From contig OZ244170.1 of assembly GCA_965216565.1 (NCBI GenBank), positions 1,446,422 through 1,510,421 on the forward strand: a stretch of 64,000 nt of DNA, read 5' to 3'. A program made the position numbers and the translations under genes. Positions 36,701 through 45,058 of this stretch are shown piece after piece. Under the pieces are notes generated by a model, which worked only from the letters and a program-made list of their open reading frames with translations, did no database searches and was not told the DNA's origin. The number at the start of each line of letters is the position of its first letter. The first letter of the stretch is position 1. The DNA comes from Bythopirellula sp. (GTDB lineage: Bacteria; Planctomycetota; Planctomycetia; Pirellulales; Lacipirellulaceae).

Positions 36701-38629
36701 TTACCTCACTTCCTTGCGAGATGCCAATTCGGCCAACGAACAAGAGCTTTCCCGCAACACATTGAGGCGTTTCACGGAGTCACTGGTGAGTAAATGCCTA
36801 GGCACAAGCGGTGGAGCATGCAGCACCTTGCGATATTGCAGTTCTCTGACGATTGGCAAATGCTCGTGGGCAATCTTGCCCACAAACAGCACATTGATGT
36901 CTCCATTCTGCTGAAGGTGCTGCAAGACGGTTTGCAAACCTCGCAAATAGACGGCGTCCTTGGTTAGGCCTCCTCCACGGTAGACGCGCATCACGATGTT
37001 GTAAGCTCTGCGTTTCGTGAAGCCGAATTTATTGACGAGTGCACGAAAGGCTTCTACAAAAGTCGCGTGTTCAGTCCTTAGTCGTACCGCGACAACGCGG
37101 CCAGCGAGTTGACGTAAACGAGCATCGCTCAGTCCGCCCACCAAGTACTCGGACAGTACAGCAATGCCTTCCTGAAGTTCTTCGTAACCCGATAAACCAG
37201 CATGCAGTAGCTGAAACGGCTGTGCCTGAGCGTTATAGTACGTCAGTACATGCGTACCCACTTCGTGGGCTAAGAGGGCTTGGACGCGTGACTGAGATAT
37301 ATCAAGATCCGAGTTGATCAGTAGCGTCCCCCGAGAGACCATCACGCCACTAACTTCTTCGGTCACTTCAGCCCGGCCTGCAAACTCGGGCCAAGTATTG
37401 TGATAGTGACGGAATTCATCGCGTGCCAGTGCTGCAAACTCTTCTGCAGTTACTGAGCCTTTTTTTCTTTCAGAGGCATCCCTAGCCACTAAGGAAAGAA
37501 GACTCAGTGCCTCACCGTAGAGGTCGTCCTTGACGCCGCCAAATAGCTGCAAGCTCTGGTACAAGAACCTCGGTGTGTCGCGGTCTTGTAGCATTGTCAG
37601 CTGTAGTTCTAGCTCGGCTTGTTTTTCATAAAAGAGTCGCTGTAGTGCAGGATCCTCTACACGCTCGATTGGAATCTTGAACAGCTCGCGTTTGAGAGCA
37701 ATGGGGTCCACCGTTTGTGGTCGATAGTGAAATTCGGGGGCTTGCTCAAACTTACTCCGGTGGAATTCATGCCAAGCCTGCACCGTGTTGACCGGAGTCA
37801 GCTGCAGTAGGTAATCGAATTGGTCACTAATTCCCGCCAGACGACGATCAGCGTTCCAGACGGATTTGACAACTGCTTTGCGACCAAGTGCGTGGAAGTG
37901 GGGTGGGCGGTGTGATGTACAGGTACGGGCAAATTCATAAAAAGCTTGGCGCAAGGCCAAACTCACGCTCCGTCTTAAGGAACGAGCCAATAGGGGATAG
38001 TCTTCTTCAGAGCCCGCTGCACGATATACGGGAGGTACTGTCAGCCCCAGGAAGGAGCAATGGAGTTCGCTTGCCCTTTTTATCGACAACAGCGGCGCAA
38101 ATTGCGTTGGCCAGGTCTTGCCGTCACGTTGTACCTCGACCTTTACCCCTTGTTTCAGCACCTTGATACGGCGCAAACGCTTGGCGAGTGCTTCCACTGC
38201 TCGGCTGATGGATGCTTGTGAGGATGCATGAATGGCGAATTTCGGTAACACGTCGGGTACTGCCGGATCATTCGCATCCCCTCCCTCGGGAGCCGCCCAT
38301 ACTTCGACGATTAGCAGTGCACCGAACTCTCTCGCAAGCGCTTCTGTAACACAGTCAACAACAAGAGATATTTCCTTTGGCGACGCTTCTGCCTCTGTGA
38401 CGATAAGGTAGGATGCTTCGGCTTTGACGAGGTGCTCAGTCCCCGAATCGGAAGCATCGAGCGGCTGACGATAGATGCACAGAAATGGTAACTGCCGATC
38501 AATGTGCAGGCGCCCAATTCCGGGCAGCGTACGTCTTACTCGTTGATTCTGCGCAAGGCGTTGAGAGACCACATCGAGGATGGATCTAAGGAGTTTTGAT
38601 CTCTTGATGGGTTCCTTGCTGATGGGCAA
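36701..38629 (-). CDS. DUF1704 / QEGLA-motif family protein (putative metallo-carboxypeptidase, MATCAP-like)
   Basis: LAHEVGTHVLTY (HExxxH-like) and ELQEGIAVLSEY (QEG[L/I]A). TTG start follows AAAGGAA. Confidence 0.7.
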   Translation of the reverse strand: MPISKEPIKRSKLLRSILDVVSQRLAQNQRVRRTLPGIGRLHIDRQLPFLCIYRQPLDASDSGTEHLVKAEASYLIVTEAEASPKEISLVVDCVTEALAREFGALLIVEVWAAPEGGDANDPAVPDVLPKFAIHASSQASISRAVEALAKRLRRIKVLKQGVKVEVQRDGKTWPTQFAPLLSIKRASELHCSFLGLTVPPVYRAAGSEEDYPLLARSLRRSVSLALRQAFYEFARTCTSHRPPHFHALGRKAVVKSVWNADRRLAGISDQFDYLLQLTPVNTVQAWHEFHRSKFEQAPEFHYRPQTVDPIALKRELFKIPIERVEDPALQRLFYEKQAELELQLTMLQDRDTPRFLYQSLQLFGGVKDDLYGEALSLLSLVARDASERKKGSVTAEEFAALARDEFRHYHNTWPEFAGRAEVTEEVSGVMVSRGTLLINSDLDISQSRVQALLAHEVGTHVLTYYNAQAQPFQLLHAGLSGYEELQEGIAVLSEYLVGGLSDARLRQLAGRVVAVRLRTEHATFVEAFRALVNKFGFTKRRAYNIVMRVYRGGGLTKDAVYLRGLQTVLQHLQQNGDINVLFVGKIAHEHLPIVRELQYRKVLHAPPLVPRHLLTSDSVKRLNVLRESSCSLAELASRKEVR

Positions 38630-38687
38630 AACGATTCCTTTTGTAATGTAGTAAATCAGCAGCCTCTCTCATCGCATTTTCACGCCC

Positions 38688-39509
38688 CTAGTGAGCAATG
38701 AGTTGAAGCTTGTTTACCTCTTCTAAAATCCCAGGTACCGTCGACGCTAAAGCCTTCTGTACTGCTTTCAATAAATGTCGTTCGGGTTTGCCGCTCCATT
38801 CGCACATAAAGAACTTTTTGAATTCAATTGAAATCACACACGCTGCCTCTGGAAAACACTGGTGTGTCCATTCGGCATGGTGACCACCCATGAATTTTAC
38901 ATTTTCGCGCACATCAAGTCGCCCAGTTGGGAAATCATAGTTGGATAGTTCATACATGAAGCGATAGAGTAATGGACGAAACCGTGGCTCTGATCGCATC
39001 GTGCCCGTACCAATGTTGACTTGTGGGTTCTCAGCCGGATCTGCGAGTGGCCCATTGGGACCGTTCCGACGATGGTTGTACGTATGCAGGTCGAAGACAA
39101 CAAAGGTTCCATGCTCCTCGGCTAACTCCTGGTAGAGCATACCGAGCGCCTCGTAAAACCGATCGTACTGCTTAAGGGAACGCTGCGCGATTTCTTCTGG
39201 AAGCTCTTCTTTCCAAATTTGTAATCCCCACGCATCTTCTGGTTTTCGATAGACGGCTCGTTCACGAGGACGATTGAGATCGACCTCAAACCGAGAGCGC
39301 AAGCCAACCACACGTGTTGGCGCGACTTCCGTCCAATCGCCCGTGTAGGGATCTTCTTCACGCCGTCGATCCTCTTTGCTGATCGCCATCTGCTCATGCA
39401 CTTCGCTACGTACCTCGTGGCCATGGTGAATAGCGGTCGCAACGATTGGCCCTGCTCCACGATGAAGCTCCCAAATTTGATCGGTCACCTGCGTTCTCTG
39501 CGTATGCAA
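38688..39509 (-). CDS. N-formylglutamate amidohydrolase (FGase) family protein
   Basis: GPIVATAIHHGHEVRSEV..., DLHTYNHRR; family resemblance by eye. TTG start. Confidence 0.6.
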   Translation of the reverse strand: MHTQRTQVTDQIWELHRGAGPIVATAIHHGHEVRSEVHEQMAISKEDRRREEDPYTGDWTEVAPTRVVGLRSRFEVDLNRPRERAVYRKPEDAWGLQIWKEELPEEIAQRSLKQYDRFYEALGMLYQELAEEHGTFVVFDLHTYNHRRNGPNGPLADPAENPQVNIGTGTMRSEPRFRPLLYRFMYELSNYDFPTGRLDVRENVKFMGGHHAEWTHQCFPEAACVISIEFKKFFMCEWSGKPERHLLKAVQKALASTVPGILEEVNKLQLIAH

Positions 39510-39577
39510 TGCCTGTTGAAACGAGCACTAGGTTCCTGGCCGCTCAGTGCCAAGTGGCTCTACAACGTTGTTCTAAG

Positions 39578-39592
39578 GCAAAGGGTGTGCCG
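39578..39592 (-). promoter_or_regulatory. sigma54 -24/-12 promoter (CGGCAC-N5-TTGC) for the FGase-DUF1704-MscK-GshB operon
   Basis: The minus strand reads CCGGCACACCCTTTGCC. The -12 element is 69 nt upstream of the start at 39509. Confidence 0.6.
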
Positions 39593-39853
39593 GTGACTTT
39601 TGATGAGGATCACGGCTCTTATGGTGCAAGCACACTGGGCCGCTCTGACGCTATGCGTTAAGGCGATATCGATTGGAAACAGCTAGATTGTGAAGGCCAG
39701 ACACATGATGTCGCCACAAGTGCCTTGGTTAATAAGTGCCCACGGTGTCCAATAGCTACCCAGGAAGAATCGAGTTTTGGAGCTGCCCAGGCAAGGTCCG
39801 GTTAAGCGTCTACGCTTTTTTCGTATTTCTAAAAGTGTTTTTTTGTTGTCGCT

Positions 39854-39868
39854 TGGCACATTGTTTGC
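39854..39868 (+). promoter_or_regulatory. sigma54 -24/-12 promoter (perfect TGGCAC-N5-TTGC)
   Basis: TTGGCACATTGTTTGCC, divergent from the promoter at 39578. Confidence 0.75.
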
Positions 39869-39906
39869 CTTTGTTACGTTAGGCAGTGATTAGGGCACTG
39901 TCTGTC

Positions 39907-39998
39907 CGTCACGGTCGCGCGGGTTTCTTCTAGGGTGGGACGCACAATCGAGGAGAACACCTGAGCCTATTGGTGGCTTGGCTTGCGCGACCGTGACG
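39907..39998 (+). promoter_or_regulatory. Structured leader: perfect 14-bp long-range stem enclosing 64 nt
   Basis: CGTCACGGTCGCGC (39907-39920) pairs with GCGCGACCGTGACG (39985-39998). It lies ~27 nt downstream of the predicted sigma54 start site and ~50 nt upstream of the ATG at 40051. Confidence 0.6.
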
Positions 39999-40050
39999 AA
40001 TCGTTGTTCGCCCACTTTCACTGAAGGAGAGCTATAAGCAAGAAAGAAAT

Positions 40051-40422
40051 ATGTCGACCTACCTACAAATCACGGCCAGCAACATCACTCAAAAAGCAAA
40101 GTTCGAAGACGGCACCCGGCTGCCAATCGAACTGTGGGCAATCTGTGATGAGGGCGAAGAGACTTCATGTTTGGCTGGACTGGTGCTCCACCCCAAGACA
40201 AAAAAGTTGGTGCGAGCCGATCATTTGCCCGGTTTTCTGTCGTATCACAGTGATCGGCTTGGGTCGGGATTTCATCGGTTCAGTCGACTGCCCAGTCGGC
40301 GAAACGTGGAAAGGCAGCAACCAAAGAACTCCGGTGCTAAATCTGGCAAGGCCGAACGACCACAGGTTAGACAGATTGGTCAGAAATTAGCCAAGAAAAC
40401 GTTCCTCTCGCAGTCGGCCTAG
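40051..40422 (+). CDS. Hypothetical protein with basic C-terminal tail
   Basis: 123-aa ORF downstream of the sigma54 promoter and leader. Confidence 0.55.
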   Translation: MSTYLQITASNITQKAKFEDGTRLPIELWAICDEGEETSCLAGLVLHPKTKKLVRADHLPGFLSYHSDRLGSGFHRFSRLPSRRNVERQQPKNSGAKSGKAERPQVRQIGQKLAKKTFLSQSA

Positions 40423-40467
40423 CTTGCGAAAGTAATTGAGAAGCTTACAAAGTGCGACTTCTCATTC

Positions 40468-40482
40468 CGGCACACAAACTGC
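40468..40482 (+). promoter_or_regulatory. Weak sigma54-like element (CGGCAC-N5-CTGC) upstream of csrA copy 1
   Basis: CCGGCACACAAACTGCT. GG and GC have correct spacing, with two mismatches at flanking T positions. Confidence 0.3.
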
Positions 40483-40631
40483 TCATCATTGATTGCCGTG
40501 AGGGTAAAAGTTGCCATGCAGGCTTGGTCTGGGCACTAGGGGTTGGTTGACATTCACGGGATGTTGGCTGACCAGCCCTCGCGGTACTTTTTGGCATCAC
40601 GCCGCTTACCCACTTGGAGAGGAGACATGCT

Positions 40632-40853
40632 ATGCTAGCACTTGCGCGGAGGCCTGGAGAATCCATCCACATCGGTGACAACATTACCGTGCAAATCGTA
40701 TCCGTTCGAGGCCAGCGGGTGAAGTTAGCGATTGATGCCCCGCGTGAAATAAGCATCGACCGACACGAAATCTGGCTCCGAAAATTCGCCGGAACGGTGG
40801 TGCTGCCGATAGAGTCAACGAGCGTCGCACCGACGCACTTGAAGCCCCGATGA
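40632..40853 (+). CDS. csrA: Carbon storage regulator CsrA/RsmA family RNA-binding protein, copy 1
   Basis: MLALARRPGESIHIGDNITVQIVSVRGQRVKLAIDAPREISIDRHEIW. GGAGAGGAG lies 8 nt upstream. Confidence 0.9.
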   Translation: MLALARRPGESIHIGDNITVQIVSVRGQRVKLAIDAPREISIDRHEIWLRKFAGTVVLPIESTSVAPTHLKPR

Positions 40854-40926
40854 GTCGCAACGAAATTGCGATAGTTGTGATGGATAATTCAAAGAATCAA
40901 CTGAAGTCGCGTTAGAACTTCTCAAT

Positions 40927-43371
40927 ATGCATCTACCCATCGCAGATTTCCCGATTACTACGGAGCGAGACTTCAACTGGTCTGCCCAGCGTGCTCGTCT
41001 GCTTGGCACGCTGGCAAGCCTTCGCCCTAAGGCCCGCAATGCGTTCTCAAAATCAATTGCCGAAGCAGCTCGAGCGATCATTCCCAAGCCTTTTCGAGGC
41101 AACATCCAGTTCGCCATTGGAGCTAGCCAGCAACAACAGTTCATCGAAGCCACCATCATTGGGCAAGCAACGGACGCTGGACAGCCAAAAGTAGACAAGC
41201 AGGCTCTCGAAAAACTGGTTGACGAAGTGCTAGTCGATTCGAGCAACGCAGATGGCAGCACGATTACGCTGCGAAAACGACTCCCTGACAACTGCCCCTT
41301 ACTAGGCCCGGAAGACGTTACGGAGTGGGGTACTATGCTGGCAACCCGTACCACCGAAGGGGCGTTAGTGCAGGCCCAACACCGATTGCGCGAGGTCCTC
41401 GCCACATCTAGTTCACCGAGTACAAACACCAGAGATGCACAGGTCCATGAACTGCTGGCATTAGTGGCGAGCACCACGGACAATTCAGTCGTCGTGATGG
41501 ATGCGATCGGGCAGGTGGAATGGGTGAATGATAGCTTTATGCGTATGACCGGATATGAGTTAAACGAAATTCAAGGGCAACTGTTTTTTGAGTTATTGAT
41601 TGGTCCAGAAACCGATCAAAGTTCTGCCAGGGATTTACAGTCGGCGATCAAGCTAGGGCATGGGGTGAGCAAGGATGTGCTTCGCTATCGTAAAGATGGT
41701 AAAACTTATTGGGAATTGTTGAGCCTGACTCCCGTGTTTGATAAGAGTGGTTCAGCCAGTCGATGGGTTTCGATTGGGACAGATATTTCCGCCAGGCACG
41801 CAGCGGAAGAGGCTCTCGCACAAGCCAAAGCGACCGCCGAAGCGGCCAGCAATGCCAAAAGCGACTTCTTGGCTAATATGAGCCACGAAATACGTACGCC
41901 CATGAATGCTGTGTTGGGCATGACCGACTTAGCTTTGGGAACAAAGCTCACATCGGAACAGAACGAATATCTTTCTATCGCCAAAGAATCAGCTCAAGCG
42001 TTGATGAGTTTACTGAACGATATTCTTGACCTCTCAAAAATAGAAGCGGGCAAACTCGCGGTTGATCCGGTCCCGTTCGATCTGTCCCGGTTAGTCGAAA
42101 ACACACTCAAACCTTTCGCCAAACAAGCCATCAGCAAAGGCATTCAGTTTCAACATGCCATTTTGGCTGACACGCCCACTCACCTTATTGGAGACGCAAC
42201 TCGAGTCCGGCAGATTCTCATCAATCTGGTTAGCAATGCGGTGAAATTCACGAGTCTGGGGAGCATCGACATCTGTGTGGAATCACAATGGGAATCTGAA
42301 GAAGATGTTTCGCTACATCTTTCCGTCAGCGATACCGGGATTGGCATGCCCAAAGAGACATTGCAGCGGATTTTTGACGCGTTTACTCAAGCGGATAGCT
42401 CCATCACGCGAGAGTATGGCGGTACGGGGCTCGGCTTGACAATCTCCGCTCGACTTGTTGAGCTCATGCGGGGGCGTATTTGGGTGCAAAGCCACGAGGG
42501 AAATGGTTCGATGTTCCACGTCTCGTTGCCGTTTCAAAAGACAGATGAGCACAATGTAAGATCAACTGCGGGCTCCAACGGAATAGTTTCATATCCAGAA
42601 GCCAGCCAGCCCTGTCGAGCACTCAACATACTCGTAGCCGATGACAACCAAGCGAATCGTGCCCTGGCCAAAAAGATACTCGAAAAGCGCGGACATCAAG
42701 TCGCTGTCGTCACCAATGGCAGCGAGGCCTTGGATTACTATCAAGCCCATAATCTGGATGCAGCAATTCTCGATATCCAAATGCCAGAGCTTGACGGCTT
42801 CTCTGTCACAGCCGCCATCCGCCGTGAGGAGTCTACTAAGCAAACTCATTTACCTTTAATCGCCATGACCGCTCATGCCATGCCAGGTGATCGGGAGCGT
42901 TGTCTCCGTGCTGGCTTAGATGCTTATCTCTCCAAACCCATCAACGCCCGCGAACTTTACACGCTGGTTGAAAGCTTGGGGCAGACACAGAGGCACACGC
43001 AGGTGATCACTCAGGCAGAGACTCTCGTGGAGTCGTCCACGCATCCCTTCGCTGCTGCCTTAGCCCGCTTAGAGGGAGATGAAGAACTGCTTCGCGAGCA
43101 GATGCAGTTCTTCCTTGATGAAAGTCCAGATTTGATGGACCGAGTGCTGGCTGCGCTGGATGAAGAAAATCAAGAGCAGGTACGTATCGCCGCCCATCGC
43201 CTCAAAGGATTAGCGGGTACCGTGGATGGGGGTGAGTTATGTATGATTGCCAACCGCATTGAGCAGTCAAGCGCAGCGGGCTCACTGGATGAAGTCACGG
43301 CCGTCATCGACGAACTTGCCTCAGCGCTGACGCGACTTATAGACCATGTCAGCGACTATGTGTCGTCATGA
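40927..43371 (+). CDS. Hybrid sensor histidine kinase (PAS - HisKA - HATPase - receiver - HPt)
   Basis: H-box MSHEIRTPMN, G-boxes DTGIGM and GGTGLGL, receiver ILVADDNQANR...DIQMPELDG...KP, and HPt AAHRLKG. Confidence 0.9.
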   Translation: MHLPIADFPITTERDFNWSAQRARLLGTLASLRPKARNAFSKSIAEAARAIIPKPFRGNIQFAIGASQQQQFIEATIIGQATDAGQPKVDKQALEKLVDEVLVDSSNADGSTITLRKRLPDNCPLLGPEDVTEWGTMLATRTTEGALVQAQHRLREVLATSSSPSTNTRDAQVHELLALVASTTDNSVVVMDAIGQVEWVNDSFMRMTGYELNEIQGQLFFELLIGPETDQSSARDLQSAIKLGHGVSKDVLRYRKDGKTYWELLSLTPVFDKSGSASRWVSIGTDISARHAAEEALAQAKATAEAASNAKSDFLANMSHEIRTPMNAVLGMTDLALGTKLTSEQNEYLSIAKESAQALMSLLNDILDLSKIEAGKLAVDPVPFDLSRLVENTLKPFAKQAISKGIQFQHAILADTPTHLIGDATRVRQILINLVSNAVKFTSLGSIDICVESQWESEEDVSLHLSVSDTGIGMPKETLQRIFDAFTQADSSITREYGGTGLGLTISARLVELMRGRIWVQSHEGNGSMFHVSLPFQKTDEHNVRSTAGSNGIVSYPEASQPCRALNILVADDNQANRALAKKILEKRGHQVAVVTNGSEALDYYQAHNLDAAILDIQMPELDGFSVTAAIRREESTKQTHLPLIAMTAHAMPGDRERCLRAGLDAYLSKPINARELYTLVESLGQTQRHTQVITQAETLVESSTHPFAAALARLEGDEELLREQMQFFLDESPDLMDRVLAALDEENQEQVRIAAHRLKGLAGTVDGGELCMIANRIEQSSAAGSLDEVTAVIDELASALTRLIDHVSDYVSS

Positions 43372-43608
43372 GATAAGTGACTAAGATAGGTCCCTTCTTC
43401 AGCCCAACATAGCTCCAGCCAAGTTGATTTATCACGTGGACGGGCGACGCCTCGAATCCTATGCACTTTGCCATCTCGGCTTCGAGGATGCTTGCGTTTT
43501 TGCATCAGACTTTGGGCGCGGCGGGACTTCTCTCCGTTTTGGTTCATTGAGTTTGGTTCTCCTATTCTGTGGTTCAATGGTTAACCTAAACGCCTTCTCC
43601 AACTCGTA

Positions 43609-43935
43609 TTAGCTTTCAAACTCTGCCTCTCGCTGACACCGAATACAGTAGGTCGCGTAAGGTATGGCTCTCAGGCGAGTTACTGAAATAGCTCGTCCAC
43701 AGGCCTCGCAATGTCCATAGACGCCCTCCCGATACCTCTCTAAGGCATGATCTAGGGCCAGTAGTTCGCGGAACTCAGATTGCAAAATGTTGGCAACGGC
43801 TTCCGCTTCACCCGGCTCGTCCTCGTCATCACCATCGAACTCCAGAGAGTTTAATTCGTAAGCTCGCCAGAGTGCAGACCGCCTCGCTTGTAGCTGGCTG
43901 GCTAGTTTTTCGAGAGTGTGGGTTGCTTTCATCAA
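43609..43935 (-). CDS. DksA/TraR-family C4 zinc-finger protein
   Basis: CEACGRAISVTRLRAIPYATYCIRCQ preceded by a coiled-coil region. Confidence 0.8.
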   Translation of the reverse strand: MMKATHTLEKLASQLQARRSALWRAYELNSLEFDGDDEDEPGEAEAVANILQSEFRELLALDHALERYREGVYGHCEACGRAISVTRLRAIPYATYCIRCQREAEFES

Positions 43936-43995
43936 TATGCCGCCTTGTATGATCGCCAGGCTTCAACGTTCAACCGCCCGACACTAAAGTTGACT

Positions 43996-44010
43996 GCATT
44001 TCTGGTGCCA
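43996..44010 (-). promoter_or_regulatory. sigma54-like promoter (TGGCAC-N5-ATGC) upstream of the DksA/TraR-like gene
   Basis: The minus strand reads TTGGCACCAGAAATGCAG, 61 nt upstream of the ATG at 43935. Confidence 0.5.
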
Positions 44011-44226
44011 ATTCTTGTGCAATGGCCCTCGATAGGTACGCCTGCGATACGCGAAATCGTGCATACCTGTGGGTATTTTGGTAAGCCATGATTGGCTAAG
44101 AGAGTACTAGTCGATGAGCAGAACAAAAGCCGCCCAGAGTGCTCAATGACTGATCACCAGACAAGAGTCGATTAGCTCTATCGCAAGTCGGCAGCAATTG
44201 TCGAGCACTCCAAAGTCTGCGGACTG

Positions 44227-45051
44227 TTAGTTCTCACCACGTCGGTATGCGATCACAGTCAGATCGTCCGGTTTGCAAGGCAGATTGCCGCTAGAGTCAT
44301 CCATCCGCTGATGGACTTCACGAACTATCCGCTGCACACCTTGTTGTAACGGCCCTTTGCGAATGTTTTCGACGATTTCATCCACGGCCAGATTGTCGAA
44401 TAGGCCGTCTGTGGCTATCAGTAGAGTATCGAAGCGTGACAGCGTCAGCGTTGGCCCAATCTCTATACGCATGTCTTCGGCACCGACTACGTTAGAAACT
44501 AGATGTCGATCTTCGTGGTGCATGGCATCGTCGTCGTCCAAGACACCCGCTTCAACCGCTTGGCTCACGGGAGCGTGGGCAACCGTTTGTAGCTTAATTT
44601 TTCCTCGCTGGCCAACGACAAGAATCGAAGAATCGCCAACGTGATAAGGGCGAATGACCCCCTCTTGAATTTCAACCACAGCGAGAGTCGTGGCAGCGCC
44701 AATGCCCAAGGCACGAATTTTTTCGTTCGCGGACTCGATGCCATTGAGAATCGCTGCTCGTAAGACAAGATCATTGTTGGCATGACTGATCACTTCCTTT
44801 TTGATTGCAGTCACGGCAAGCTTCGAGGCTTGTTCGCCCGCTGCACCTCCACCCATGCCATCAGCAACTACCAGCACTCCGCTACTTTCGGTACTGACCA
44901 GCACTGCAGCAGCATCTTCGTTATCAGTTTCCTTATCGGGGCATTTGGAAGAAAAGATGACGGTGATGCCTCTGAGCTGATCCAATACCACTGGCTCAGC
45001 CATGTTTTGCGTCAAATAAAGAGTGCCGTTTCTCGACATCGACTTGCTCAA
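44227..45051 (-). CDS. PP2C-family Ser/Thr phosphatase
   Basis: VVADGMGG, ATDGLFDN. TTG start at 45051 or ATG at 45039. Confidence 0.85.
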   Translation of the reverse strand: MSKSMSRNGTLYLTQNMAEPVVLDQLRGITVIFSSKCPDKETDNEDAAAVLVSTESSGVLVVADGMGGGAAGEQASKLAVTAIKKEVISHANNDLVLRAAILNGIESANEKIRALGIGAATTLAVVEIQEGVIRPYHVGDSSILVVGQRGKIKLQTVAHAPVSQAVEAGVLDDDDAMHHEDRHLVSNVVGAEDMRIEIGPTLTLSRFDTLLIATDGLFDNLAVDEIVENIRKGPLQQGVQRIVREVHQRMDDSSGNLPCKPDDLTVIAYRRGEN

Positions 45052-45058
45052 TCAAGGG

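Noticed and set aside
40815-41483. 222-aa minus-strand ORF overlapping the histidine kinase 5' region.
   Set aside because: It is antisense to a well-supported kinase gene and has a Ser/Cys/Ala-rich composition.
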